DNA from: a virus
Direction: 5' to 3' (one strand)
DNA: 64,000 bases
IMG/VR virus record: IMGVR_UViG_3300013132_000031
Coordinates: 1 to 64,000 of that record
The notes below the pieces were generated by a model. That model made no database searches. It had not been told where the DNA came from and saw only the letters and a list, made by a program, of their open reading frames with translations. The position numbers and the translations under genes are program-made. Positions 44,286-53,006 of the stretch are shown here, piece after piece. Each line of letters begins with the position of its first letter. Position 1 is the stretch's first letter.

Positions 44286-44898
44286 CCTGCTGGTACAAGT
44301 CATCTAATGTACCGTTGTTGTCCAGTACCACATCGAACTTAGTGCCCACCCAAGCAGTTTCTGACGCATGCACACCCAGTTGCTCTAATTTTCTGCCGCT
44401 GAGAGCCCAGGTTGGATTGCCATCAGGGCCACGATTACGACTCACAGCCGCATCGTACCACTCGGGTTCGGGTCCGCGCACCACACGTACCACCCGGCCG
44501 CCAGCAGCACGAATGGCATGAATTTCGTTGGGAAATCTGCAATCGCTTATGACCACATCATCCCGGCTGTTGCGCAATTTGTTTTCTAGGCTGGCAATCC
44601 AGATGTCATCGTGGAAGCCTTTGCGGCATACTTCGGTGCCCCACTGTTGCAGGATCCAACGCGGGGTCAAGTGTGGTATGTCCAGTCGTTGGGCCCACCA
44701 GGGATCCACCTGCTCGCGCCACTCACGGGCCATCTTTGTACGGCCCTCCAGCATGGTTCTGTCCCAGCCAAACACCTGTGCCACAGCGTCTTTGAGTGTG
44801 TTGGCAAAACTTTCTCGTCGAAAGTGATGTAGGTTCACTAGATAGTCTGCAATAGTATCTTTGCCTGAGCCAATAAATCCACAAACTCCAATGATCAT
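44248..44898 (-). CDS. Deoxynucleoside monophosphate kinase (T4 gp1-like)
   Basis: GFIGSGKDT, SFA..LK, TPR..LQ..GTE, ISDCRFPNE and HASE. Confidence 0.9.
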   Translation of the reverse strand: MIIGVCGFIGSGKDTIADYLVNLHHFRRESFANTLKDAVAQVFGWDRTMLEGRTKMAREWREQVDPWWAQRLDIPHLTPRWILQQWGTEVCRKGFHDDIWIASLENKLRNSRDDVVISDCRFPNEIHAIRAAGGRVVRVVRGPEPEWYDAAVSRNRGPDGNPTWALSGRKLEQLGVHASETAWVGTKFDVVLDNNGTLDDLYQQVKRLVRDHPPAK

Positions 44899-45416
44899 GC
44901 CAGTTCCTTGATATTTAAATGAATCAGGGTTGCTTGCAACATGTCAATTTGTCTGCGGCAGTCTTCCAACGCATGATGGCTGGTAGGCGGTCGGGGCAAC
45001 CCTGGATACAGCTTATATACCGTTCGTGCATCACAGATCTTATAATATTGCCATGGTAATGGTTTACCATAACTCTTGTAGGCATGCTCTAGGATGTTGG
45101 CATCGTATGTGGGACCATTCATCCAGATGCGATTGCACTTCCAACATAATTTATGCAGTTCATCCAAGGCTTGATCCAGTGGGATACGACCCTGTTCATT
45201 GAACGCTTCGTCACGTGCGGCTGCAGGTTGTGTGGTCCACCAGTTGATGGTGCCTTGTTCAATAGTACGGTTTTCTTGGCTTTCAAAATCAACTCTGGCA
45301 TAATACTTGTGCTCGTAGTAACCAGTGCCAAGGGGATCAAATGCCTGGGCCGCAATGGTTAGAATTGTGGTCTCAGGGCCTGTTGCCAAACCTTCAATGT
45401 CGATCATTAGGTCCAT
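44895..45416 (-). CDS. DEDDh 3'-5' exonuclease
   Basis: LMIDIE, WMNGPTYD and HHALED. Confidence 0.85.
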   Translation of the reverse strand: MDLMIDIEGLATGPETTILTIAAQAFDPLGTGYYEHKYYARVDFESQENRTIEQGTINWWTTQPAAARDEAFNEQGRIPLDQALDELHKLCWKCNRIWMNGPTYDANILEHAYKSYGKPLPWQYYKICDARTVYKLYPGLPRPPTSHHALEDCRRQIDMLQATLIHLNIKELA

Positions 45417-45421
45417 GCTGT

Positions 45422-45430
45422 ATTATAGCA
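45422..45430 (-). promoter_or_regulatory. Extended -10 promoter
   Basis: TGCTATAAT 5 nt before the ATG; no -35 match. Confidence 0.55.
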
Positions 45431-45456
45431 GGAATTTTGATAAAAGTGTGTGCAGT

Positions 45457-46227
45457 TTAGCCAATAACCCAGGTGATTGGTTGTGACCCATCCACATAGT
45501 TTACCAATTGAACAACCAGCGCATCCATCTGGGCCTGTGCTTCGGTTTTCATTGCAGTGCCATTCAACGCACTGCCGCCCTGCGGTCCAGCAATGGTACC
45601 AAACTTTTCACGTGCTTCGCCAATGATCATTTTGCAGTTGGCCACCATGTAGTCTCGTAACCATTGTTTTATTTGGTGATCACTCAACAGGTTGAATTCA
45701 GGTTTCAAGTTGTAGGTCCACAGCAACACAGTTTCGCCGGAGCCTTTGGGATCACGAATCAGTTGCAATTTTTTGGTCACAGGATTCCAGGTGTAGTTCA
45801 TGTAGGCGCCAAACATGCGTCCGGCCAGCTCAATGTATTGACTGTAGAAATCATATGTGGCCAGGCCTCCTGCCACGTTGAAGTTCATGAGATACACATT
45901 GATACTTGCTTGTGCAAACGGGTCAAAGTTTGACGCAAACGGTCCCGAACTGTCGCCAAATGTTCTGCGGAATATTTGACGCACACTCACAACTTCTTGA
46001 GGCAGTTCGTAGATGTTGACATCTTGTACCAACTGCATGAAACTGTAACTTTCCTCGTAGGCGTTGTTGGCTCGTTGGCGATAGGTGCCAATGGTTTTTT
46101 GATAGGCCGCTTCGTAGTGTGAGGGGTCTAGTTCTAGGTCAATGATATCCCCGCCCAACTGAAGTTTGACATACTCTATCAAGTTTTGTTTCAGTGTAGG
46201 CAGTGATTGCTGTTGCTGTTCTGGCAT
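45457..46227 (-). CDS. Neck protein (gp13-like)
   Basis: LQLG..IIDLEL, GEAREKF..IAGPQG...LNG; TAAATA at 46246-51. Confidence 0.8.
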   Translation of the reverse strand: MPEQQQQSLPTLKQNLIEYVKLQLGGDIIDLELDPSHYEAAYQKTIGTYRQRANNAYEESYSFMQLVQDVNIYELPQEVVSVRQIFRRTFGDSSGPFASNFDPFAQASINVYLMNFNVAGGLATYDFYSQYIELAGRMFGAYMNYTWNPVTKKLQLIRDPKGSGETVLLWTYNLKPEFNLLSDHQIKQWLRDYMVANCKMIIGEAREKFGTIAGPQGGSALNGTAMKTEAQAQMDALVVQLVNYVDGSQPITWVIG

Positions 46228-46248
46228 CTGGAACTCCGGTTCCTGTAT

Positions 46249-47319
46249 TTATTGAAGTTTTGCTATCGTGTTGGGCAACCATTGGGCAAAATCCACGGGC
46301 CACTGGCGTTGCATTTGTGCCAACAGTTGTTGATTGTGTGTGGCCGCTGCGTGACATCTCACAGCCAATTTGATTTGATCAGAATTTTTTATGTTGTGAT
46401 AATTTTGTATGTTGAGTCTGACAAATTCTGTGATTTTTCCATGCCCGTACATGGTGTTACTTTGTGTCAAACGGTCATAACTGTGATCTACCACATCATC
46501 CAACACATCAAACCCCAGTGTTTTCAAATACTCCACAGCGTGTTTTGCTGAAAACACAGCCCAAGGTGCTGGCGTTACCAGTGCTCTAAATATCTTTTCG
46601 CTGAATGCTACAGTGGCGTCTCCAGCATAGGTTTCAATTACCAAATTGAGGCACGCACCAACCTGCGTTTGCTCAACTGTTAGTGCATGGTTTCTAATGG
46701 GTATGTGGGGTCGGGTTTGATCAAACCACTCGGCATATTCGGTGTTGTGCAATTGATTCAACTGTGTCCAACAATGTGCAAAACTGTGTTGAGCATGTTC
46801 AGCAGTGTGCTCATTGCCCTGTGCTCGTGCATTGAAATTCACATGATCCAATTGTTGCACTTGATCAATCCCGCCCGACTGTTTTGTCAATTCTAATAGA
46901 ATCAACTGTCGCTGACTGTCTAGCCTGTTGACTGAAAAATTAAATCGCCGACTTGGTGTCCAATTTTGATCTGCTGGCACATAACTAAACACTCCAAAGT
47001 AACTTGATGGCAACTTTAGAATCTCATAATTGGTAGCAAAGGGCATGTGGTTGTCAGTGACGATTGTGGTGTCAGTATCAAACCACTGATCAGGTGGCAG
47101 GCTCCAATCATCTCGGTTGACTCCAAAGTCATCGGCCAAACACACAATGACCTTGCGACTACCGCGCCCCCATGCTCTGGCACTGCCGGGTATTTTTCGA
47201 TAGCCCATGTTCATCAACACACTTGAAAACAAATGAACCATTGCATGCTCATGATACATGCAGTGACTTTGCTGAAATATTTCTCCAAGATCAATTCGAT
47301 AAAACTCTTGGTCAAACAT
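46249..47319 (-). CDS. Hypothetical, possible GT-B glycosyltransferase
   Basis: SVNR..QR, LVIETY..FSEKIFRAL, LGFD and DHSYD. Confidence 0.45.
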   Translation of the reverse strand: MFDQEFYRIDLGEIFQQSHCMYHEHAMVHLFSSVLMNMGYRKIPGSARAWGRGSRKVIVCLADDFGVNRDDWSLPPDQWFDTDTTIVTDNHMPFATNYEILKLPSSYFGVFSYVPADQNWTPSRRFNFSVNRLDSQRQLILLELTKQSGGIDQVQQLDHVNFNARAQGNEHTAEHAQHSFAHCWTQLNQLHNTEYAEWFDQTRPHIPIRNHALTVEQTQVGACLNLVIETYAGDATVAFSEKIFRALVTPAPWAVFSAKHAVEYLKTLGFDVLDDVVDHSYDRLTQSNTMYGHGKITEFVRLNIQNYHNIKNSDQIKLAVRCHAAATHNQQLLAQMQRQWPVDFAQWLPNTIAKLQ

Positions 47320-48211
47320 TGCTGGTTCCTTTGATCACTGGAAATATTTTTTGAAATGTGTACTGCTCAGGACAAAATTTACACTGTGCAATGGGATTAT
47401 CCAATTGAGCAAAAAATTCTTGTTGATAAGTTTCAAAATTGTCCACGCTCAGTGGCTGATACGAATTTAACAATGCTCGGTCTGCAGCAGATATATCCAA
47501 TGTGTGTTGTTGATCAAACTCGGGCATCAGTGCCACTGGCGCACACTTGTACAACTGGCCGCGTATGAAATGATAACTTTTGAATGTGGCAAATCCACAA
47601 TTTTGATGTGCAAAAAATGGATCGCTGTTGTGCAATTTGAACACTGGTTGGGTGCTGTTTTGCCAAGAATGAGTGATGGCGGCCGAATGAAACGTATCAA
47701 CGTTCATCACCGTTACCACTATGCCATTGCGGTCAACAAACAAATAATCACTACTCCAAAAATTTTTTGGATGTCCTTTTGGATATATTTGCACTGGTCC
47801 TTTAAGGAACCATAGTATGTCTTCTTTTAATTTTTCAAACTGATCAGGGTTGTGCAAACTCACACCAATGTAATTGTGCGGACGAGTCTGATGTGGAAAA
47901 AACAAAGCATCATAAAGATCAGGATTGTGTCTAAATCTAGTACCATTAGTGAGTATTTGTACTTCAATTCCAAATATGCGATTAATGCCACGCACCCAGT
48001 CTATCAGGGTGGGGTTCAAAAAAGGTTCCCCGCCCATGATAGTGACTGCTGTGAGATTAACTAACTTACCCCACTGCTGGTATTGATCTTCATAGTCGCC
48101 CCAACGCTGCCAACCTTTAAAATTGAAATTGTTAAATCTATTGCAGTGCTGGCAGGTTAAATTGCATACGTTGGTAATGTATACGTCTACTTTGTTGGGG
48201 ATTACATGCAT
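47312..48211 (-). CDS. Radical SAM protein
   Basis: CNLTCQHC, GGEP, TNG, LYKC and CKFC. Confidence 0.85.
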   Translation of the reverse strand: MHVIPNKVDVYITNVCNLTCQHCNRFNNFNFKGWQRWGDYEDQYQQWGKLVNLTAVTIMGGEPFLNPTLIDWVRGINRIFGIEVQILTNGTRFRHNPDLYDALFFPHQTRPHNYIGVSLHNPDQFEKLKEDILWFLKGPVQIYPKGHPKNFWSSDYLFVDRNGIVVTVMNVDTFHSAAITHSWQNSTQPVFKLHNSDPFFAHQNCGFATFKSYHFIRGQLYKCAPVALMPEFDQQHTLDISAADRALLNSYQPLSVDNFETYQQEFFAQLDNPIAQCKFCPEQYTFQKIFPVIKGTSNV

Positions 48212-48218
48212 CCACTAC

Positions 48219-49355
48219 TTACCAGGCTTTTAGCACCACCAAGTTCTCTGTACCACGCCCGTTGAATGGAGTCTCAGTTGTGGTAAGGTCTTTGTAGATC
48301 TTACGTGCGGCTGGCTTGCCTGCGGCTTGCACTGCTTTCACAACATCTGCTGGCTTGCGCACAGTTTTTTGCATGGTCTCAATGGTACTGAAACCAATGA
48401 TGCTGTTTGACTTCACAGTAAACGCCTGTGTGTGACTGTCGGCCACAATGTGGATCAACTTGCGCTTCTTGGTATCGTACAACCATGCTTCGGCTTTGTC
48501 CACAAGACTTGCGGCTGGCAAGCCTCGGAGTTTGAGTTCGGCAAATTCCATCATGACTTTGAATTTTGCGGCACGTTTTTCAGGTGGCACTGACCGGACC
48601 TTGCGTGGCTTGCGTTCCACTTTCTTGATTTGTACGTATGCACCGCAGTCATTGATCACTGCTTCGCAAAACTTCACAATGTTGCGCATTTGAATCTTTG
48701 AAAAATTGCTGTAGCCTTCCGCGAGTTGTGCGTCTTTGCCTTCCATAGCAGTTTCAAATTCTGCCAGTTTGGCCTTCCACAAGTTGGCAATGTCCGAAAT
48801 CATTTGCGGTGCTACATTTAGCCCACGGATCACTGTGATAGGTTTGTAGTCTGCTGACATCTTGACACCTGCAACCACAAACTCATCAAACATGCCATCC
48901 AGTTCTCCAGCACATTCTGATACCTTTTCACGCAGGCGATCCTGAATGTTGGGCTTGGTCACTGGGGGTGCGGCGTCTACTACTACCACTTCGGGTTCAC
49001 GTGCTCGTAAAATTTCTTGAATGTAGCCTTCTAATCGAACTGTCTCAGTGTCTGTGAGTTCCAGGCCTACCATACTCATACGGCAAAGCCATGCAGTGGT
49101 CAAACGAACTGCCGAGTCAGGCACGCCTTTCAATGCACGAACATCTGCTCGGCGTCCGTTGTGCTCTAAGTAAGCCACCAACATCTCACGTGCGTCTTTT
49201 TTGCCGTAGAAGTAATTGTACCATGAAAAGGCAGCACTGAGCTGGCTGGTGCGATCATCTGTGGGTTGCACACGCCATGTTGGTTCCAGTCCTGTGTATT
49301 TGGTATCGGGACTGCGAGGGTTCAGTGGCTTGACAACGGCTCGTGTTGCGTTCAT
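48219..49355 (-). CDS. Early hypothetical protein
   Basis: 378 aa with its own sigma70 promoter and an AAGGAG SD. Confidence 0.7.
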   Translation of the reverse strand: MNATRAVVKPLNPRSPDTKYTGLEPTWRVQPTDDRTSQLSAAFSWYNYFYGKKDAREMLVAYLEHNGRRADVRALKGVPDSAVRLTTAWLCRMSMVGLELTDTETVRLEGYIQEILRAREPEVVVVDAAPPVTKPNIQDRLREKVSECAGELDGMFDEFVVAGVKMSADYKPITVIRGLNVAPQMISDIANLWKAKLAEFETAMEGKDAQLAEGYSNFSKIQMRNIVKFCEAVINDCGAYVQIKKVERKPRKVRSVPPEKRAAKFKVMMEFAELKLRGLPAASLVDKAEAWLYDTKKRKLIHIVADSHTQAFTVKSNSIIGFSTIETMQKTVRKPADVVKAVQAAGKPAARKIYKDLTTTETPFNGRGTENLVVLKAW

Positions 49356-49378
49356 CGGGGCTCCTTAAATTATATGTA

Positions 49379-49407
49379 ATTATAGCAGAATGGCCATTGT
49401 TGGTCAA
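49379..49407 (-). promoter_or_regulatory. Sigma70-type early promoter
   Basis: TTGACC-17-TATAAT with extended TG. Confidence 0.85.
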
Positions 49408-49700
49408 CCCATTCTTTTTGGCAAATCTTTGACTAGATCGAACAAATACGAAGCTCGATTGATATTGAAGTTTTTGTGTCGATACATGTATGCTTTTTTG
49501 CGCTCGGCTATCTCTAGTGCGTCCATGAGTTGACATTTCAATTTGAAATCTCGTGTGCTCATCATCTCTGATTGCATGTCTTTCACATCTAGTGCATACT
49601 CCACCCATTTTTCGGTGGCTTTTACTTTGTCATATGGCACTATTGCTTTGCTGCCATTTGAGGTAGCATATTTGCTTACAAAATTGTGTGCTTTCATCAC
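49404..49700 (-). CDS. Small early hypothetical protein
   Basis: 98 aa; AAGGAG SD. Confidence 0.7.
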   Translation of the reverse strand: MMKAHNFVSKYATSNGSKAIVPYDKVKATEKWVEYALDVKDMQSEMMSTRDFKLKCQLMDALEIAERKKAYMYRHKNFNINRASYLFDLVKDLPKRMG

Positions 49701-49723
49701 TCACTCCTTTGTTGTCAAGCTGT

Positions 49724-49752
49724 ATTATAGCAGTTTAGGAATATTTGGTCAA
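49724..49752 (-). promoter_or_regulatory. Sigma70-type early promoter
   Basis: TTGACC-17-TATAAT with extended TG. Confidence 0.85.
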
Positions 49753-49778
49753 CCCATTCAATGGTAAACCCAAAGTAC

Positions 49779-49786
49779 TATAAATA
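49779..49786 (+). promoter_or_regulatory. T4-type late promoter
   Basis: TATAAATA 4 nt before the ATG at 49791. Confidence 0.75.
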
Positions 49787-49790
49787 TAGC

Positions 49791-51131
49791 ATGCCACGCT
49801 TATCCCTATACCGTCCAAATCGCACTAAAGATTATCAATTTTTTGACCGCACCATTCGTGAAATGTACACTGTTGGCGGGGTCGACATGTATGTTCACAA
49901 ATATATGGGTCCACAAGCAGGCGGTGCAGACTCTACTCTAAGCGGCAATTTTGACGCCACACAGCCTGTGTACGAAGATCAAAGTGAGTTGAACATTCAA
50001 GACTTGCTGTTGTTGGAAAACCGTGATCGGATCTACTCCACAGACATATATACCATGCGTGGTGTGTTCAATCATCAAGACATTGATTTTGATTTGACAC
50101 AATTTGGATTGTTTTTGAACAACGACACCCTGTTTATTACGTTTCACTACAACACCATGATTGACGAATTTGGGCGCAAGCTCATGAACGGTGATGTGTT
50201 GGAACTGCCCAATTTGAAAGACTATCATCCGCTGAACAGTGACATACCCCTGGCTATTCCTAGATACTATGTGATACAAGATGCTGACTTTGCAGCTGAA
50301 GGATTTAGTCGCACCTGGTTGCCGCACTTGTGGCGTGTAAAAGCAACACCGTTGCAAAACCAACAAGAATACAATGACATACTCAAACGCCCATTCATGC
50401 CCGAAAACATCTGGGACAACGGCAATTACTATCCCACTGGCACAGTGGTCAATTACGGTGATGTGTACTACACTGCTCAAAAAAATGTCGCAGCAGGCAC
50501 TGACATCACAGACACCACGGCTTGGCTACCAGTGACCAATCCGCCCAGCATCAGTGATGTGATCAGTACCAGAAGCAAAGATTACCAGATCAACGATGAC
50601 ATTTTGATTCAAGCCGAGGTGGAGACTCCTGCATCTGGATACGACAGTAGCAAATTTTACATTGTGCCCACACAAAACGGCGAGCCAGCCAACCCCAGTG
50701 GCATCACTGCCGATGGCACTACCACAGTGGATGGCACACAAGGTGGCATGGATGTTACGCCAAAAGGCCAAGGCTATGCCGCAGGTTACATGACTGGTGG
50801 TGCAGTGGCACCCAATGGCCTGCCTGTGACACCAGCTGTGTCATTCCCGCCCAGTGCTGTGGCTGGCGATTATGTGTTGCGCTTGGACTACAAGCCCAAT
50901 AGACTGTTTCGTTATGATGGCAAACGTTGGGTCAAGATTGAACAGAAAGTCAGAACTTCTCTTGACAACGGGCCACAAAATCAAAGCCTGCGCAGCACTT
51001 TTGTAAATAACACAGCCACGGTGAATACCAAAGATCTAGGCAACATTCCAAGTAGACAAAGCCTTAGTGAAGCATTGAAACCCAGAGCCGACAATGGCGA
51101 TCAGGGTGGCTTCTTACCGCCTGGCACCTAA
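49791..51131 (+). CDS. Neck/head-closure protein (gp14-like) with C-terminal extension
   Basis: GGVDMYVHKY, LTQFGL and GDVLELP; lies just upstream of the gp15-like gene. Confidence 0.6.
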   Translation: MPRLSLYRPNRTKDYQFFDRTIREMYTVGGVDMYVHKYMGPQAGGADSTLSGNFDATQPVYEDQSELNIQDLLLLENRDRIYSTDIYTMRGVFNHQDIDFDLTQFGLFLNNDTLFITFHYNTMIDEFGRKLMNGDVLELPNLKDYHPLNSDIPLAIPRYYVIQDADFAAEGFSRTWLPHLWRVKATPLQNQQEYNDILKRPFMPENIWDNGNYYPTGTVVNYGDVYYTAQKNVAAGTDITDTTAWLPVTNPPSISDVISTRSKDYQINDDILIQAEVETPASGYDSSKFYIVPTQNGEPANPSGITADGTTTVDGTQGGMDVTPKGQGYAAGYMTGGAVAPNGLPVTPAVSFPPSAVAGDYVLRLDYKPNRLFRYDGKRWVKIEQKVRTSLDNGPQNQSLRSTFVNNTATVNTKDLGNIPSRQSLSEALKPRADNGDQGGFLPPGT

Positions 51132-51180
51132 CGAAAGACCATAGACTGTAAACGAGTGTATATGGACTAGGAGAATTAAA

Positions 51181-52578
51181 ATTAATCAATATTTTTATGA
51201 CGCTCAAATACGCAGATTCCTGTTGCAGTTCACTAGAATTTTTTCAGGGTTTCAAGTGGAATATGGCAACGAAACCGACGGTGTGAACGCTGCTGCCTTG
51301 TTGCGTGTGCCTGTGCGCTATGGTGATGCCAGTCGCAATGCTCAAACAATCATACAAGAAAACAGTCGCAATGCTTTGCCGTCAACTCCCTTAATGACTT
51401 TTTACATCACTGGATTGGACTATGAGCAAACACGTTTGCAAGATCCAACTTTTGTCAGCAGAATCAATGTTCGGCAACGCACCTATGACTCGGCCACAGA
51501 AAGCTATGAAACCACTCAAGGCAATGCATTCACAGTTGAGCGACTCATGCCTGTGCCATACAAGCTCACTATCAACTTGGATATTTGGACATCTAACACC
51601 AGTCAAAAACTTCAATTGCTGGAACAGGTACTGACCATGTTCAATCCCAGTTTGGAAATACAAAGCACAGACAACTACATTGACTGGACCAGTTTGAGTG
51701 TGGTATTTTTGGAACAGGTCACTTGGAGTTCAAGAACCATTCCTGTGGGCACTGACAATCCCATTGACATAGCCACTTTGAGATTTAGCTTGCCAATTTA
51801 CATCTCACCACCAGCCAAGGTACTGAAACTGGGTGTGATTGAACGAGTGATAGCGTCAATCTATGACGCACAAGGCGACCTAAATGATGCTGTGCAAAAT
51901 AATGATTTGTTGTTGGGCACCAGACAAGTTATCACTCCTTACAACTATGCCACTGTGTTGATTGGCAACAAGATTCAAGTTTTGCAGGCCAGAGACCTGG
52001 CACAAGAACCTGACAATGACCTGCTCACCCCTGCAGGCATTGTGTCTGACAGTAATTTGATGTGGCCTTCAGTGATCGATTTGTATGGATCCTTACGACC
52101 AGGTGTGAGTCAAATCAGACTGATCCAAGCAGACGAATCTGAAATTGTGGGCACTGTGGTACTGGATCCCAATGACGATAGATTTTTATTGTACAGTGTG
52201 GACATTGATACTACCCCACAGAACACCCTGGAACCTGTGGATGCTGTGATCAATCCCCTGACTTCAGGTCCAAGACCCGAAGACAGTGTGCTAGCCGGTG
52301 TGCGGTACCTGCTGACCGAAGACACTGGCGAAGGCGTCAATCAAGATCCAGCACAGGCCTGGGTAGGCGAAAACGGTCGGCCTCTTGTGGCCCATGCCAA
52401 TGACATCATTGAATATCGCAACGGTGCCTGGCGAGTGGTTTTCATGGCCAGCACTGCCAACGAAATTCAGTATGTCACAAACATAACCACAAGTCTGCAG
52501 TATGAATGGACTGGTGACAGTTGGGTCAAAAGTTATCAAGGTGTGTATCCAGGAGGCACCTGGAGGCTGGTACTGTGA
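51181..52578 (+). CDS. Tail sheath stabilizer/terminator (gp15-like), probable ATT start
   Basis: YFYDAQIRRFLLQF, VPVRYG, PVPY and QLLEQVL..FNP. AGGAGA SD 6 nt before the ATT. Confidence 0.75.
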   Translation: MNQYFYDAQIRRFLLQFTRIFSGFQVEYGNETDGVNAAALLRVPVRYGDASRNAQTIIQENSRNALPSTPLMTFYITGLDYEQTRLQDPTFVSRINVRQRTYDSATESYETTQGNAFTVERLMPVPYKLTINLDIWTSNTSQKLQLLEQVLTMFNPSLEIQSTDNYIDWTSLSVVFLEQVTWSSRTIPVGTDNPIDIATLRFSLPIYISPPAKVLKLGVIERVIASIYDAQGDLNDAVQNNDLLLGTRQVITPYNYATVLIGNKIQVLQARDLAQEPDNDLLTPAGIVSDSNLMWPSVIDLYGSLRPGVSQIRLIQADESEIVGTVVLDPNDDRFLLYSVDIDTTPQNTLEPVDAVINPLTSGPRPEDSVLAGVRYLLTEDTGEGVNQDPAQAWVGENGRPLVAHANDIIEYRNGAWRVVFMASTANEIQYVTNITTSLQYEWTGDSWVKSYQGVYPGGTWRLVL

Positions 52579-53006
52579 AGGCCGTGGGTGTTTGGTTCCG
52601 CAGTGTGGTCACTGGACGTTATCTCTATCTCCTACGCAATGACGCAAAAAATCCCAGTACCTGGGGCTTGCCTGGCGGCAAAGTAGAATCAGGCGAAACA
52701 CTACTTGGTGCCATGGAACGTGAATGTATTGAAGAACTGGGTCACATGCCTGAATATCAACGCCTGGTTCCCTTGGAAAAGTTCACATCAGCTGACGGTG
52801 TGTTTGAATATCATACCTGGATATGTGTTGTATCTCAGGAATTTGTGCCCACACTCAATCACGAACACCTGGGCTGGGCTTGGATTGATCGAGGCACCTG
52901 GCCTCGACCCATGCATCCAGGTCTGTGGAACACAGTGAATTTAACCACTGTGCAAGACAAGATACACACTGTAGAGCAGTATCTTGCTGCAGATTCTCAA
53001 GCCTGA
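52575..53006 (+). CDS. NUDIX hydrolase
   Basis: Nudix box GGKVESGETLLGAMERECIEELG; GTGA coupling. Confidence 0.9.
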   Translation: MKAVGVWFRSVVTGRYLYLLRNDAKNPSTWGLPGGKVESGETLLGAMERECIEELGHMPEYQRLVPLEKFTSADGVFEYHTWICVVSQEFVPTLNHEHLGWAWIDRGTWPRPMHPGLWNTVNLTTVQDKIHTVEQYLAADSQA

